From Betaproteobacteria bacterium (lineage in GTDB: Bacteria > Pseudomonadota > Gammaproteobacteria > Burkholderiales > SG8-39): a stretch of 64,000 nt of DNA. The notes beneath the pieces were generated by a model, which saw only the letters and a program-made list of their open reading frames with translations, ran no database searches and was not told the origin of the DNA. Location of the stretch: NCBI GenBank assembly GCA_016210745.1, contig JACQTO010000176.1, forward strand, positions 6,806 to 70,805, given 5' to 3'. The translations under genes and the position numbers were made by a program. Shown in pieces: positions 11,199 to 21,527 of the stretch (position 1 is its first letter; every line of letters begins with the position of its first letter).

Positions 11199-12230
11199 AT
11201 GAAGATCGCTTCGAAAGTGGCTTTCATTGCCGCATCGATGTTCGCGGCCGGCGCGGTCCTCGCCCAGGGCAAGTCGCCCGCAGTCCAGAACCTGCTCATT
11301 GGCAATGCGACCGCGAACGACACGCAGGCGGCAAACAACGACAAGTTCGCCGAATTGCTGACCAAATACTCGAACGGCCGCTTCAAGGCAAGCGCGCGGC
11401 ACGGCGAAGCCCTGGGCAACCACGCGCAGATGATAGGGGCGATGCAGGCGGGTGCCATACACGGGATGACTACCGCGGTCGGCTTTACGGCGTCGGTCGT
11501 TCCCGAGAATTCCATGTTCGACATGCCCTTCCTGCTCCCGGGCAGGCCGGCCATGATCACGGCATTCGCGGCCCAGAGCAAGGCTGCGGCACTCATGAAG
11601 GAAGCAGCGGAGAAGAAGGGCATCCACGTCCTTGCCTTCCACGGCATCGGGTCGCAGAGTTTCTTGACCAAGTTTCCCATCAGCAAGCTCTCGGACATCC
11701 AAGGCAAGAAGTTCCGCGTGATTCCTTCCCCGCCGCGGATGGGCTCGTACCAGGACTGGGGCGGCGTCGCCCGGCCGATGGAACTTGGCGAGGTGTACAC
11801 CGCACTGCAGCAGGGCAACCTGGATGGCATGGAGAATCCCCCCGACGTCATCTACAAGATGAAGATGCACGAGGTGGCAAAGTACTACACCATCACCGAG
11901 CACTTCGCCATAGCTGCGATCATGATGGTGAGCAAGAAGTGGTATGACGGGCTGCCCAAGGACCTGCAGGACGTCGTGGAGCGGGCCGGCAGGGACACCG
12001 TCGCGTTTTCCGACGTGGCTTATACCAAAGCACAGGATGACGGTATGAAGGCCCTGCGCAAGGTCATCACCGTCACTAACATGCCCCCTGCCGAAATTCA
12101 AAAGATGAAGGCCCTGGCACTGAAGGGCGTGTGGGAACGAATGAAGGCCGACCCGCAGAAGGGGCCAATCGCCAAGCTCCTGCTCCAAGATCTGGATAAT
12201 TTCAACAAGAAGAACAGCAACCGGCGTTGA
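11199..12230 (+). CDS. TRAP transporter substrate-binding protein (DctP-like)
   Basis: GGAGG RBS and signal peptide; GKKFRV, GEVYTALQQGNLDGMEN motifs. Confidence 0.9.
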   Translation: MKIASKVAFIAASMFAAGAVLAQGKSPAVQNLLIGNATANDTQAANNDKFAELLTKYSNGRFKASARHGEALGNHAQMIGAMQAGAIHGMTTAVGFTASVVPENSMFDMPFLLPGRPAMITAFAAQSKAAALMKEAAEKKGIHVLAFHGIGSQSFLTKFPISKLSDIQGKKFRVIPSPPRMGSYQDWGGVARPMELGEVYTALQQGNLDGMENPPDVIYKMKMHEVAKYYTITEHFAIAAIMMVSKKWYDGLPKDLQDVVERAGRDTVAFSDVAYTKAQDDGMKALRKVITVTNMPPAEIQKMKALALKGVWERMKADPQKGPIAKLLLQDLDNFNKKNSNRR

Positions 12231-12455
12231 TCTGCGCCTTCTTGGCCGCGAGCTGCGACGGAATTTCAGGCGCGCCGAGATTGGCCCGGTGGCTGCTGGT
12301 CCGCGATGCCAGGATGGCGGTACCAATACGCTCCGGGCAAACCGGAGTGACAACGGGCTGGGGTGAAGGTAAGACACGCGCGGCCTTCGATGGACTCGAT
12401 CGGAGCAGCTCGATTGCGAAACGAAATGCTGTCTCGCAATCGCGAATTCAAGCGT

Positions 12456-13337
12456 TCAAGTTTGCAGCCGCGGGTTGAGCACATCGCGCAACTGGTCGGC
12501 AACCAGGTTGATGCTGACGATGGTCGCGAGCAGCGCGATGCCCGGAAAAAAGCTTATCCAGTATTTGCCCGAAAGCATGTAGGTGAAGCCGTTCGAGATC
12601 AGCAGCCCGAGGGAAGGTTCGGTGATCGGCAGGCCCAGGCCGAGGAATGACAGCGTCGCCTCGAGCGCGATCGCCGAGGCGACCTGCACCGTGGCAACGA
12701 CCATGAGGGGCGGCAGGCAGTTGGGAAGCAGGTGGCGGAAAACGATGCGTGCGTGCGAAAGCGCGAGACCCGTCGCCGCTTCGATGTATTCCTTCCTTCT
12801 TTCGACCAGCGCCGAGGCGCGCACGGTGCGCGCGTAGTAGGCCCACTGCACCGCGACCAGGGCGAAGATGATCTTGTCCACGCCCTGGCCGAGCACAGCG
12901 AGCAGCACGAGCGCGATCAGAATCGCCGGAAACGAGAGCTGGATGTCGGCCAGGCGCATGATCAACGCGTCGAGCAGGCCGCCGAAGTACGCCGCCATAA
13001 GGCCCAGGCCCAGGCCGATCGCCAGCGCGGCGAGCGTGCTCGCAACGCCCACGAAAATGCTCGTGCGCAGGCCGTAGAAAATAGCCGAAAGCATGTCGCG
13101 GCCCTGATCGTCGGTGCCGAGCCAGTAGGTCATGCCCGCGGACGTGCCGCTCCCCGGAGGCAGGCGCGAATCCATCACGTCGAGCTGCGCCAAGTCATAG
13201 GGATTCTGCGGCGAGATCAAGGGCGCGAGTAGTGCGATGAGCAACACCAGCACGAGCAATGCCAGTCCGGCAAGCGCGATGCGGTTCTCGGAAAAATCAA
13301 CGACGATGCGTTGTAACGGCGTTTCTTCGACGGACAT
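12456..13337 (-). CDS. Peptide ABC transporter permease (DppC-like)
   Basis: LGTDDQGRD, EAA loop, EATLSFLGLG. Confidence 0.95.
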   Translation of the reverse strand: MSVEETPLQRIVVDFSENRIALAGLALLVLVLLIALLAPLISPQNPYDLAQLDVMDSRLPPGSGTSAGMTYWLGTDDQGRDMLSAIFYGLRTSIFVGVASTLAALAIGLGLGLMAAYFGGLLDALIMRLADIQLSFPAILIALVLLAVLGQGVDKIIFALVAVQWAYYARTVRASALVERRKEYIEAATGLALSHARIVFRHLLPNCLPPLMVVATVQVASAIALEATLSFLGLGLPITEPSLGLLISNGFTYMLSGKYWISFFPGIALLATIVSINLVADQLRDVLNPRLQT

Positions 13338-13382
13338 GTCTGTATTAACCCACCCCCATCCCTGCCTTCTCTCTTTCCCGCC

Positions 13383-14360
13383 TCATCGCCCCGTTTCTCC
13401 GACGCGCACCCGCGGGTCGAGCAGTGAATAAACGAGGTCGACGGCGAGATTGATGAAAATGAACAGCATCACGATGATGCACAGGTAGGCGACGATCACC
13501 GGGCGATCGAGCATATTGATCGAATCGATCAGCAGCTTGCCCATGCCGGGCCAGGCGAACACCGACTCGGTGACGACGGCAAATGCGATCACCGATCCGA
13601 ACTCCAGGCCGATCACCGTCACGATGGGAATGAGAATGTTCTTGAGGACGTGAACGAAAATCACGCGCGCGTCGGACAGGCCCTTGGCGCGGGCGAACTT
13701 GACGTAGTCCTGCTGCAGCGCCTCGCGCGTGCCGGCGCGTGTGAGCCGGATGATGAGCGAGAGCTTGAAGAGGGCAAGGTTCGCCGCCGGAAGCGCGAGG
13801 TGCGCCAGTCCCGTCCACGACAAGAAGCTGACCGCAACGCCGAAGACTTCCGTTGTCGGACCGCGGCCGCTGGATGGCAGCCAGCCCAGGTATACCGAGA
13901 ACACCATGATCAGCATCAGTCCGACCCAGAAGGTCGGCAATGAAAAGCCGAGGATCGAGCCGGTCATGATGGTTTTGCCCGCGACCGAGTCGGGTTTCAA
14001 TCCGGCCCACAGCCCCAACGGAATACCCAGCACGATGGCGATCAGCATCGCGCTGGCGGCGAGTTCCAGCGTCGCGGGCATGCGCTCGAGGATGAGTTGG
14101 ATCGCCGGCACGTTGAAGGCGAACGAGTTGCCCAGATCGCCATGCGCCGCCTGCTTGAGAAACACCCAGTACTGTTCCGCCAGCGGCAGATCGAGACCCA
14201 GAGAGCGGGTGGCGCGGGCAATTTCCTCCTGGTCGGCCTGCGGATTGATCAGGATGTCGATCGGATTGCCGATCGCGAACACGCCGACGAACACGACGAG
14301 CGACATGATGAACAGCACCAGTACGCTCTGCATCAATCGGCGGATGATGTAGACGAACAT
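13383..14360 (-). CDS. Peptide ABC transporter permease (DppB-like)
   Basis: Start MFVYIIRRL; GDLGNS, ARAKGL, FAWPGMG, LDPRV. Confidence 0.95.
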   Translation of the reverse strand: MFVYIIRRLMQSVLVLFIMSLVVFVGVFAIGNPIDILINPQADQEEIARATRSLGLDLPLAEQYWVFLKQAAHGDLGNSFAFNVPAIQLILERMPATLELAASAMLIAIVLGIPLGLWAGLKPDSVAGKTIMTGSILGFSLPTFWVGLMLIMVFSVYLGWLPSSGRGPTTEVFGVAVSFLSWTGLAHLALPAANLALFKLSLIIRLTRAGTREALQQDYVKFARAKGLSDARVIFVHVLKNILIPIVTVIGLEFGSVIAFAVVTESVFAWPGMGKLLIDSINMLDRPVIVAYLCIIVMLFIFINLAVDLVYSLLDPRVRVGETGR

Positions 14361-14369
14361 CGTTTGCTC

Positions 14370-14524
14370 TTGGTCACTTGCAAGTTTACTGTTGACAAAT
14401 TGGGCGAAGATTTGGCTTCTAAATTCGTCTCCCCTTTTTCGCGCAGTTGCTTGCAACTGCGCGAAAAGGGGGAGATTGATAAACGGCTAAATCAGCTTCC
14501 TTGGTTCCGGGTCGTCCGGCTGAG
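14370..14524 (+). repeat. Repeat family A copy A2 (full length)
   Basis: TTGG-TCACTTGCAAGTTTACTGTTGACAAAT...; 23-bp stem at 14428-14475; ends GGTTCCGGGTCGTCCGGC-TGAG. Confidence 0.92.
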
Positions 14525-14525
14525 G

Positions 14526-14607
14526 TCTCCACGTTTTGTGCATTGCTCGCAACTGCACAAAACGCGGAGATTTATCAAAGGCAAAAAATCAGCGCCACGC
14601 GTTCAGG
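14526..14607 (+). repeat. Repeat family A copy A3 (hairpin plus right flank, degenerate, tandem to A2)
   Basis: TCTCCACGTTTTGTGCATTGC-TC-GCAACTGCACAAAACGCGGAGA then TTTATCAAAGGCAAAA. Confidence 0.8.
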
Positions 14608-14631
14608 ATCATCGGTTTCGGGGCGGCATTT

Positions 14632-16200
14632 TCATCGCTCGCGCACATGGTGGGCAAAAGTGTATTCGTCGGTGCGCGCGGCATACGCGAGGGCCTTGCG
14701 CATGGCCCAGATGGCGACCTGGTGGTGCAGGGGGATGACGGCGAGGTCTTTCATCGCCGCTGTCATGGCCTCGCGCGCGAGTGCCTCGCGCTTTTTCTCG
14801 TCGAGGGTTGAAAAGGCGCGTTCGAGCAGGACGTCCACTCCGGCATTGGAATAGCGCGACCAGTTCCAGGCCCCGAATCCCTTTTGCGCATCGGGCGTTG
14901 CGACCAGCGCGCGCAAGGCGAGGTCGGCCGAATACGATCCCCAGCCGAGCATTGCAAAAGCGAACTCGCCGGCGCGCGCCTTCGACAAGTACACGTTGAC
15001 CGGCATGGTTTCGACGCGCGCGTTGATGCCGACCCGGGCGAACATCTGCGCCACGGCCTGCGCGATCTGCTCGTCGTTGACATAGCGGTTGTTGGGCGCG
15101 GCGAGGGTCATCGCAAAACCGCCGGGAAACCCCGCTTCGGCAAGGAGCTTCTTTGCCCCGTCCGGGTCGAAGCGCTCGGGCTTGAGATTGGACGCATGGC
15201 CGAAAACCGGCGGTGCGACCACATTAGTCGCGGGCAGCGCCGCGCCGTCCATGAGGCGCTCGACGATCGCCTGCCGATTGATCGCCTTGGACAGCGCCAG
15301 TTTGACCCGAGGGTCCTTGAACGGATTGGCCGCCAATGGTTTGCCCGATTTGTCGGCAAGCGAAGGCGGATGATCGCGGCCCTGGTCAAGGTGAAAAAAT
15401 ATCGTGCGCCACGAGACCTTCTGCTCGATCTTTACCCGGGCATTGGCGCGAAGCCGCGAGATGTCGGCGGTGGGAATCTGTTCGATGAGGTCGAGGTCGC
15501 CCGCGAGCAGCGCCGCCAGTCGCGCAGGGTCGCTGGGCATGATGCGGAAAGTCACGCGCTCCCAGGGTGTGCCCTTTCCCTTTTCATTGCCCCAATAAGC
15601 GTCGTTGCGCGCCAGCTCCACACGGTCGCCGCGCGCGAAGCGCACGAACTTGAATGGCCCGGTGCCGACCATGGCCCGGCCGTTGTTGAAGTCCTCGGTG
15701 GCGGCATTGGCGGCGGCGCGGCGCGAGACGATGAACACCGAATTGAGGTCGGGCGGGATCATTGCATAGGCCGTGGCGGTCTTCACCCGCAGCGTATGCG
15801 CATCGACCACTTGTTTGGCGACGATGCGCTGCACGAAGCTCGCGAACTGGCCATTGGGCACGCGCGCGGCGCGCTCGAGCGAAAACACCACATCGTCGGC
15901 GGTGAAGGCGGTTCCGTCGTGGAACTTGACGCCTTGGCGCAGCCGGAACTCCCAGGTGGTGGCGTCCAGGGCGCGCCACGATACGGCAAGCCCCGGAATC
16001 AAGCGCGTGTTTTCATCGACGTGGACCAGGGCGTCGAACACGTGCCAGCCGATGTTGTTGTTGGAGACGATGTTCTGGTGATGGGGATCGACCGAGGTGA
16101 CGTCGGCAGCCATGCCGATGCGCAGCGCGGCGGCGACTGCAAAGTGCGCCGGCAGGACGAGACACAACGCGCAGGCAAGAAAGAAGACTCGCTGAGGCAT
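14632..16200 (-). CDS. Peptide ABC transporter substrate-binding protein (SBP family 5)
   Basis: Signal peptide; PGLAVSW, FRLRQGVKFHDG, GTGPFKF. Confidence 0.95.
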   Translation of the reverse strand: MPQRVFFLACALCLVLPAHFAVAAALRIGMAADVTSVDPHHQNIVSNNNIGWHVFDALVHVDENTRLIPGLAVSWRALDATTWEFRLRQGVKFHDGTAFTADDVVFSLERAARVPNGQFASFVQRIVAKQVVDAHTLRVKTATAYAMIPPDLNSVFIVSRRAAANAATEDFNNGRAMVGTGPFKFVRFARGDRVELARNDAYWGNEKGKGTPWERVTFRIMPSDPARLAALLAGDLDLIEQIPTADISRLRANARVKIEQKVSWRTIFFHLDQGRDHPPSLADKSGKPLAANPFKDPRVKLALSKAINRQAIVERLMDGAALPATNVVAPPVFGHASNLKPERFDPDGAKKLLAEAGFPGGFAMTLAAPNNRYVNDEQIAQAVAQMFARVGINARVETMPVNVYLSKARAGEFAFAMLGWGSYSADLALRALVATPDAQKGFGAWNWSRYSNAGVDVLLERAFSTLDEKKREALAREAMTAAMKDLAVIPLHHQVAIWAMRKALAYAARTDEYTFAHHVRER

Positions 16201-16208
16201 CGTGCGGC

Positions 16209-16362
16209 TTAGTCACTTACGAAATTTACTGTTCACAAATTCGGCGAAGAGTTGGTTTCTAAATTCGTCTCCCCCTTTCATACGGTTGCTTGCAACCGTA
16301 TGAAAGGGGGAGATTGATAAAAGGCAAAACCAGCTTCCCTGGTTCCGGCTCGTGCGGCTCAG
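16209..16362 (+). repeat. Repeat family A copy A4 (full length)
   Basis: TTAG-TCACTTAC...; perfect 22-bp stem at 16268-16313; ends CGTGCGGC-TCAG. Confidence 0.92.
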
Positions 16363-16417
16363 GATGAAAAACATTGACGGCACGCGCATTCGTTGCCCCC
16401 TGCCGATGGAAGCGCGA

Positions 16418-18475
16418 TTATAGGTCGAGGGGCTCTTTCGGGCCACCGGCGAGCAGCGTGTGCCACATTCGGCGGTAAGCGGATTCCAACGCACGCGTGA
16501 ATTTTGCGTAATCGGCCAGCGGCGAAGCGGCAAAGCGCTCGCGCAAGGTTTGTCTCAAGTCTGCCAGGCGCGCGCGGTCGCGCGCCAGCGCGCCGGCAAT
16601 CGCTACGTACGCTTGCTCGTCTTGCGCGATGAGCTCGCCCAGGCCGAGGTTGGCCAACATGCTCGTGGTCTGGCGACCGGCGATCAATTTCTGCTCGAGC
16701 GTCACTATCGGAACGCCCATCCACAGAGCCTCGAAGCTGGTCATGCCGCCGCCAAACGGATAGGGGTCGAGCGCAATATCCACGTCGTGATAGGCGAACG
16801 CGGCATGCTCGATCGGAACGAAGGGCCACAGCTCGACGCGGTCTGCGGGAATGCCGCAGCGTTCGGCGAGCGCAAGGAAACGCTCGCGATTGGCAGAGTC
16901 GCTCAGTCCCACCGCCTGCAAATACAGAACCGAATCCGGCACCGCGGCAAGAATCTTCGCCCACAGGGAGAGCACGCGCGGTCCCAACTTGGCCAGATTA
17001 TTGAAGCAGCCGAAGGTCACCTGGCCGGCAGTCGAGGCCGGCAGCTCGTTGGGCTCGGGCATTGCGTGTGTCGGCTGGTAGCAGAATCGGGTATCGGGCA
17101 GGCGTACCAACTTTTCGACGAAGTAACGGTCCTGCCCCGGAGGCGAAGAGTAACTGTCGGTGATGAAGTAGTCGACGCTCTCCACGCCGGTGGTGGCGAA
17201 GTAACCGAGCCAACTCACCTGCAGCGGTGCGGGCCGGCGCGCCAGCGCGAGCAGCCGCTGGTGCGAGGTGTGCCCGGACAGGTCAACCAAAATATCGATG
17301 TCGTCCGCCTGTATGCGTGCCGCAAGCGCCGCATCGTCAAGCGAAGCGACTTCGCGCCACTGGTGGGCGGCTCGCCGCACGCGCTCGGTTACGGCATCGG
17401 CGCCTGGGAAGTTGTGGTAACAGAAGATCTCCACCGCGGCGGGATCGTGACGCTCGATCACCGGCAGGAACAAGGCGGTCACCGGGTGGCGGTGGAAATC
17501 CGGAGACAGGTAACCCACGCGAAGCCGCCGCTGGCGGTCCGGCGCGGGAATGGGAGCCGGTGCGCGCGGATAGTGTCGCGCGGCATAGCGTTCGCCCCAG
17601 CGGCGATGGGCCTCGAACACGGCCTGCGGCGTGCAGTTCTCGTCGTAGATGAGGCCCGCGACCAGGCTGGAAGCGATATTGGCGTCCTCGGGATCGAGTT
17701 CGAGCGCTGCGCGATAGCAGCTTACCGCCTCGTCCATTCGCCCGAGCCTGTTATAGCAATTGCCCAGGCCCCAGTGCGCGGGCGCCGTATCGCGCCGCGC
17801 CTCGATGATGGAGGTGTAATGCTCGGCTGCTTCGCTCCAGCGATCGCGGCTCTCCAGTGCGTGCGCGAGCGCGAGCCGGGAGGCGAGCGGATCCGGAGCG
17901 AACTGCCAGTGATCCGCGAGCAGCGCTATGCCCTCGTCGTAGCCAAGCATATCGCCGGGCGGCTGGTCGGCTTGTGCAATCAGCGCGCGGGCCAGTTCAT
18001 GCCGTGCCGCCTCACTCGATTTGTCGAGCTCGAAAGCGTGCCGAAACGCGACAATCGCCTCGCGGCCCCGGCTGCGCTGCGCCTCCGCCTTGCCGAGGTT
18101 GAACCAGGCATCGAAACGCTCCGGACCAAGCTGCAGCGCGCGCGAAAAAGCGGCTGCCGCCGGCTCGAACTCTTCCAGCGCCACCAGCACGTTGCCCAGA
18201 TTGAAATAGAACAGCGCGACACCCGAATCGATCGCAATGGCCCGATTGATGTATTTCAGCGCCGCGGTTTGATCTCCGCGCTGGTGTGCAATCAGGCCGA
18301 GCAGGTGCAGCGCCGAAGCGTTGCGCGGGTCGCGCCGCAGTATCGCCTCGTAGCAGCGTTGCGCTTCTTCAAGGCGCCCGGCTTCATGCGCAGTGATCGC
18401 CTGTTCCAGCGCAGCGGCGACGCCCGGCCCGTCCTGTCGGGCGAGGGCGCGGCGGATGCTATCCAGCAGAGACAT
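16418..18475 (-). CDS. TPR-repeat O-GlcNAc transferase/SPINDLY-like glycosyltransferase (GT41)
   Basis: N-terminal TPRs; [53 protein letters not shown]; start MSLLDSIRR. Confidence 0.9.
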   Translation of the reverse strand: MSLLDSIRRALARQDGPGVAAALEQAITAHEAGRLEEAQRCYEAILRRDPRNASALHLLGLIAHQRGDQTAALKYINRAIAIDSGVALFYFNLGNVLVALEEFEPAAAAFSRALQLGPERFDAWFNLGKAEAQRSRGREAIVAFRHAFELDKSSEAARHELARALIAQADQPPGDMLGYDEGIALLADHWQFAPDPLASRLALAHALESRDRWSEAAEHYTSIIEARRDTAPAHWGLGNCYNRLGRMDEAVSCYRAALELDPEDANIASSLVAGLIYDENCTPQAVFEAHRRWGERYAARHYPRAPAPIPAPDRQRRLRVGYLSPDFHRHPVTALFLPVIERHDPAAVEIFCYHNFPGADAVTERVRRAAHQWREVASLDDAALAARIQADDIDILVDLSGHTSHQRLLALARRPAPLQVSWLGYFATTGVESVDYFITDSYSSPPGQDRYFVEKLVRLPDTRFCYQPTHAMPEPNELPASTAGQVTFGCFNNLAKLGPRVLSLWAKILAAVPDSVLYLQAVGLSDSANRERFLALAERCGIPADRVELWPFVPIEHAAFAYHDVDIALDPYPFGGGMTSFEALWMGVPIVTLEQKLIAGRQTTSMLANLGLGELIAQDEQAYVAIAGALARDRARLADLRQTLRERFAASPLADYAKFTRALESAYRRMWHTLLAGGPKEPLDL

Positions 18476-19259
18476 TAGGCGCGATAATTCGCAGCAGTTG
18501 CGCGAAGACCTTGGGATTGCCGCAGACGATGCAGCCGGAATCGAGGTAGCCGGATTCGCCGTCGAAATCGGCAACCAGGCCGCCGGCCTCCTGGATCAAA
18601 AGCGACCCGGCGGCCATGTCCCAGGGCGAAAGACCGAATTCCCAGAAACCGTCGAGCCGGCCGGCTGCGACGTAAGCGAGGTCGAGCGCGGCCGCTCCGG
18701 CGCGGCGCACGCCGGCGCACTTGGAGGTCACTTCGCGCAGCATCGCCAGGTAGCGGTCCAGTCGGGTGAAATCGCGAAACGGGAATCCGGTGCCGATCAG
18801 TGCCTCGCGCATGGAAGTGCGTTTCGAGACGCGCAGGCGCCGGTCATTGAGAAAAGCGCCGCGTCCGCGGCTGGCGGTAAAGAGTTCGTTGCTCGCCGGA
18901 TCGTAGACGACCGCCTGCGTGATCATCCCCTTGTGCTGCAGGCCGATCGACACGGCATACTGCGGAAAGCCATGGATGAAGTTGGTCGTTCCGTCGAGCG
19001 GATCGATGATCCAGGTGTACTCGGACTTGTTTGCGCCGCCGCCGGATCGTCCCGACTCCTCTGCTAGAATCGCGTGGTCCGGGAAGGCGCGCAACAGTAC
19101 GTCGATGATCGCCAATTCCGCTTCCTTGTCGGCTTCGGTGACGAAATCGTTTTGGCGCTTGCGTGTGACCGACAGGGCGTCCAGGTCGCGCGCGGCGCGA
19201 TTGATCACCGAACCGGCCCGCCGCGCGGCTTTCACCGCAATGGTGAGCATCGGATGCAT
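18459..19259 (-). CDS. suhB: Inositol monophosphatase family protein SuhB
   Basis: [34 protein letters not shown]. Confidence 0.96.
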   Translation of the reverse strand: MHPMLTIAVKAARRAGSVINRAARDLDALSVTRKRQNDFVTEADKEAELAIIDVLLRAFPDHAILAEESGRSGGGANKSEYTWIIDPLDGTTNFIHGFPQYAVSIGLQHKGMITQAVVYDPASNELFTASRGRGAFLNDRRLRVSKRTSMREALIGTGFPFRDFTRLDRYLAMLREVTSKCAGVRRAGAAALDLAYVAAGRLDGFWEFGLSPWDMAAGSLLIQEAGGLVADFDGESGYLDSGCIVCGNPKVFAQLLRIIAPNVSAG

Positions 19260-19315
19260 ATTCGTCGTTATTGTCCGGAAAGAAGAGCGGTTAAATTGCA
19301 GCGCGCCATTCTAAT

Positions 19316-20080
19316 ATGAACGAATTCGAACCGCTCTCCCGAATCCGTGTCGTTCTCGCGCAGCCTTCGCATCCGGGCAACATGGGAGCGGCCGCGCGCG
19401 CGATGAAGACGATGGGTCTCCAGCGCCTTTATCTGGTGCGCCCGCGCCGGGCCGTGGATGAGCAGGCGCTTGCCATGTCGGCGAACGCGGTCGACGTCCT
19501 CCAGCGGGCGGTGGTCTGCGCGAGCCTCGATGAGGCGCTTGAGGGCACAGCGCTGCAGATCGCGTTCAGCGCGCGGCCGCGCGATCTTTCGCACCCGGCT
19601 CTCGAAGCACGTGAGGCTGCGGGGGAGGCGCTCGTTTGCGCGAGCTCGCAGGAAGTGGCCCTGGTTTTCGGCAACGAACTCGCGGGTCTGGCCAACGACG
19701 AAGTGATGCGGTGCAACCGGCTCGCCTACATTCCCGCGGATCCCGCTTGCTCGTCGCTGAATCTGGCCGCCGCGGTGCAGGTGGTGGCCTACGAGGTGCG
19801 TCTGGCAGCCAGCGCAGCCGGCGGGGCGCAGCCGGTGCCCGAGGCGCAGTTTCCTCGCCATGAGGAGGTTGAGAAGTTCTACGCTCATCTGGAACGTAGC
19901 CTGTACGCCAGCGGGTTCTTGCATCCGCAGTACCCGCGCCGTCTCATGGAACGGCTGCGCCGGCTGTTCAGCCGAACCCGGCTTGAACAGGACGAAGTCA
20001 ATATCTTGCGCGGCATGCTCAGCCAGTGGGATCGCCAAGGCCCCCCGGGACCCAAGGGAGGGGGACATAATAATAGTTGA
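19316..20080 (+). CDS. trmJ: tRNA (C32/U32) 2'-O-methyltransferase TrmJ
   Basis: SHPGNMGAAARAMKTMG, FGNELAGL, SLNLAAAVQ; conserved suhB-trmJ-cysE-iscR synteny. Confidence 0.92.
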   Translation: MNEFEPLSRIRVVLAQPSHPGNMGAAARAMKTMGLQRLYLVRPRRAVDEQALAMSANAVDVLQRAVVCASLDEALEGTALQIAFSARPRDLSHPALEAREAAGEALVCASSQEVALVFGNELAGLANDEVMRCNRLAYIPADPACSSLNLAAAVQVVAYEVRLAASAAGGAQPVPEAQFPRHEEVEKFYAHLERSLYASGFLHPQYPRRLMERLRRLFSRTRLEQDEVNILRGMLSQWDRQGPPGPKGGGHNNS

Positions 20081-20097
20081 CTCAACCACTCGGATAT
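20073..20097 (+). promoter_or_regulatory. Putative IscR type-1 binding site upstream of cysE
   Basis: ATAGTTGACTCAACCACTCGGATAT resembles the type-1 consensus and the two boxes before iscR. Confidence 0.65.
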
Positions 20098-20131
20098 ATA
20101 ATAATGGCTTGACAGATATAGAAGAAACATC

Positions 20132-20881
20132 ATGTTCAAGCGGCTCCGAGACGATATCGACAGCATATTCGAGCGCGACCCAGCAGCGCGAAATACGTGG
20201 GAGATCATCACCTGTTACCCCGGGTTCCATGCGCTGCTGTTTCACCGCGTCGCGCACTGGCTCTGGAAAGCCGGATTGCGCTGGTTTGGCCGGCTGGTTT
20301 CCCATATGGGCCGCTTCTTCACCGGCATCGAAATTCACCCCGGGGCCGCTATCGGTCGACGCGTATTTATCGACCATGGCATGGGCGTCGTGATCGGCGA
20401 GACCGCTGAGATCGGCGACGAATGCACCCTCTACCATGGCGTGACGCTGGGCGGCACGAGTTGGAACAAGGGCAAACGCCACCCGACGCTGGGACGCGGT
20501 GTGGTCATCGGCGCCGGTGCCAAGGTGCTCGGTCCAATCCTGGTCGGCGACGGGGCAAGGATCGGCTCCAATGCCGTGGTGGTTAAGGATGTTCCTCCGG
20601 GGGCCACGGCGGTAGGCATTCCGGCGCGAATAATCGTTGACGCGCAGGACAAGGCACGCGAAGAAAAGGCGGCCAAGCTCGGGTTTTCGGCTTATGCGGT
20701 CACGCGGGACGATGATCCCGTGTCAAAGGCGCTGCAGGGCTTACTCGATCATTCCGTTGAAGCGGATAAGCGTATCGAACAGATTCTGCGGGAGGTTGAA
20801 GAACTTAGACGCCAGTCGAGGCAAGGGCAGCAGGCGCCAATGCCGCCGATGCGGGCCGAACCGCGGATCGTCAAGAAGTAG
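20132..20881 (+). CDS. cysE: Serine O-acetyltransferase
   Basis: [36 protein letters not shown]. Confidence 0.96.
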   Translation: MFKRLRDDIDSIFERDPAARNTWEIITCYPGFHALLFHRVAHWLWKAGLRWFGRLVSHMGRFFTGIEIHPGAAIGRRVFIDHGMGVVIGETAEIGDECTLYHGVTLGGTSWNKGKRHPTLGRGVVIGAGAKVLGPILVGDGARIGSNAVVVKDVPPGATAVGIPARIIVDAQDKAREEKAAKLGFSAYAVTRDDDPVSKALQGLLDHSVEADKRIEQILREVEELRRQSRQGQQAPMPPMRAEPRIVKK

Positions 20882-20906
20882 AGGGCAACAGGGGGTTCAT
20901 AAAAAA

Positions 20907-20959
20907 ATAGTTGACCAAATTGCTCGGGTTCAATATACTTGACACGATTGCTCGGGAAT
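20907..20959 (+). promoter_or_regulatory. Tandem IscR type-1 boxes (autoregulatory isc promoter)
   Basis: ATAGTTGACCAAATTGCTCGGGTTC (20907-20931) and ATACTTGACACGATTGCTCGGGAAT (20935-20959) directly before iscR. Confidence 0.8.
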
Positions 20960-20977
20960 TGAAACAGGAGGCAACTC

Positions 20978-21457
20978 ATGAGATTGACTACTAAAGGACG
21001 CTTTACCGTTACTGCAATGCTCGATATCGCGATGCGCCATGGCCATGGGCCGGTGACGCTGGCGGGTATCAGTCGCAGGCAGGAGATTTCGCTGTCGTAC
21101 CTGGAGCAACTGTTCGGCAAGTTGCGGCGGCACGCTCTGGTCGAGAGCGTACGCGGGCCCGGGGGCGGATATACGCTTGCGCGCGACCTGGACAAGATTT
21201 CAGTCGCCGAAATCATCTCCGCGGTCGACGAGCCGCTCGATGCGACCCAGTGCGGCGGCTTGGAAAACTGCCAGGACGAGCACCGCTGCATGACTCATGA
21301 GTTGTGGGCGAAGCTCAATGACAAGATTTTCGAGTACCTTGACTCGGTGACCCTCGCCGACCTGGTTGCCGCGCAACGCGCCAAGCTCGAGCAAAAACGC
21401 GCCGAGGTGCTGCGGGATAAACGTCCCGACGCGAAGGAAATGACAGTATCGGCTTGA
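20978..21457 (+). CDS. iscR: Fe-S cluster assembly transcription factor IscR
   Basis: [23 protein letters not shown], three Cys plus His ligands (TQC..ENC..RCMTH). Confidence 0.97.
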   Translation: MRLTTKGRFTVTAMLDIAMRHGHGPVTLAGISRRQEISLSYLEQLFGKLRRHALVESVRGPGGGYTLARDLDKISVAEIISAVDEPLDATQCGGLENCQDEHRCMTHELWAKLNDKIFEYLDSVTLADLVAAQRAKLEQKRAEVLRDKRPDAKEMTVSA

Positions 21458-21527
21458 GCGGCGCTCAGGCCCTGGGGAGCAGTGCAATTCGCAGGCTTGT
21501 GGAAAACAAATAGGCGAACCGACGAAT

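Noticed and set aside
14392-14425. TTGACA in family A as a forward sigma-70 promoter
   Set aside because: No -10 hexamer at 16-18 bp spacing, and TTGACA is altered in A4 and A7.
14370-14524. Family A as a small peptide gene (TVDKFGEDL…)
   Set aside because: No conserved start codon or RBS, and stem-length indels shift the frame between copies.
16460-18478. Long antisense or alternative-frame ORFs (e.g. 16460-18478, 37978-39846, 24369-25715, 34504-35973)
   Set aside because: They shadow well-supported genes, an expected artefact of high-GC codon usage, and show no recognisable motifs.
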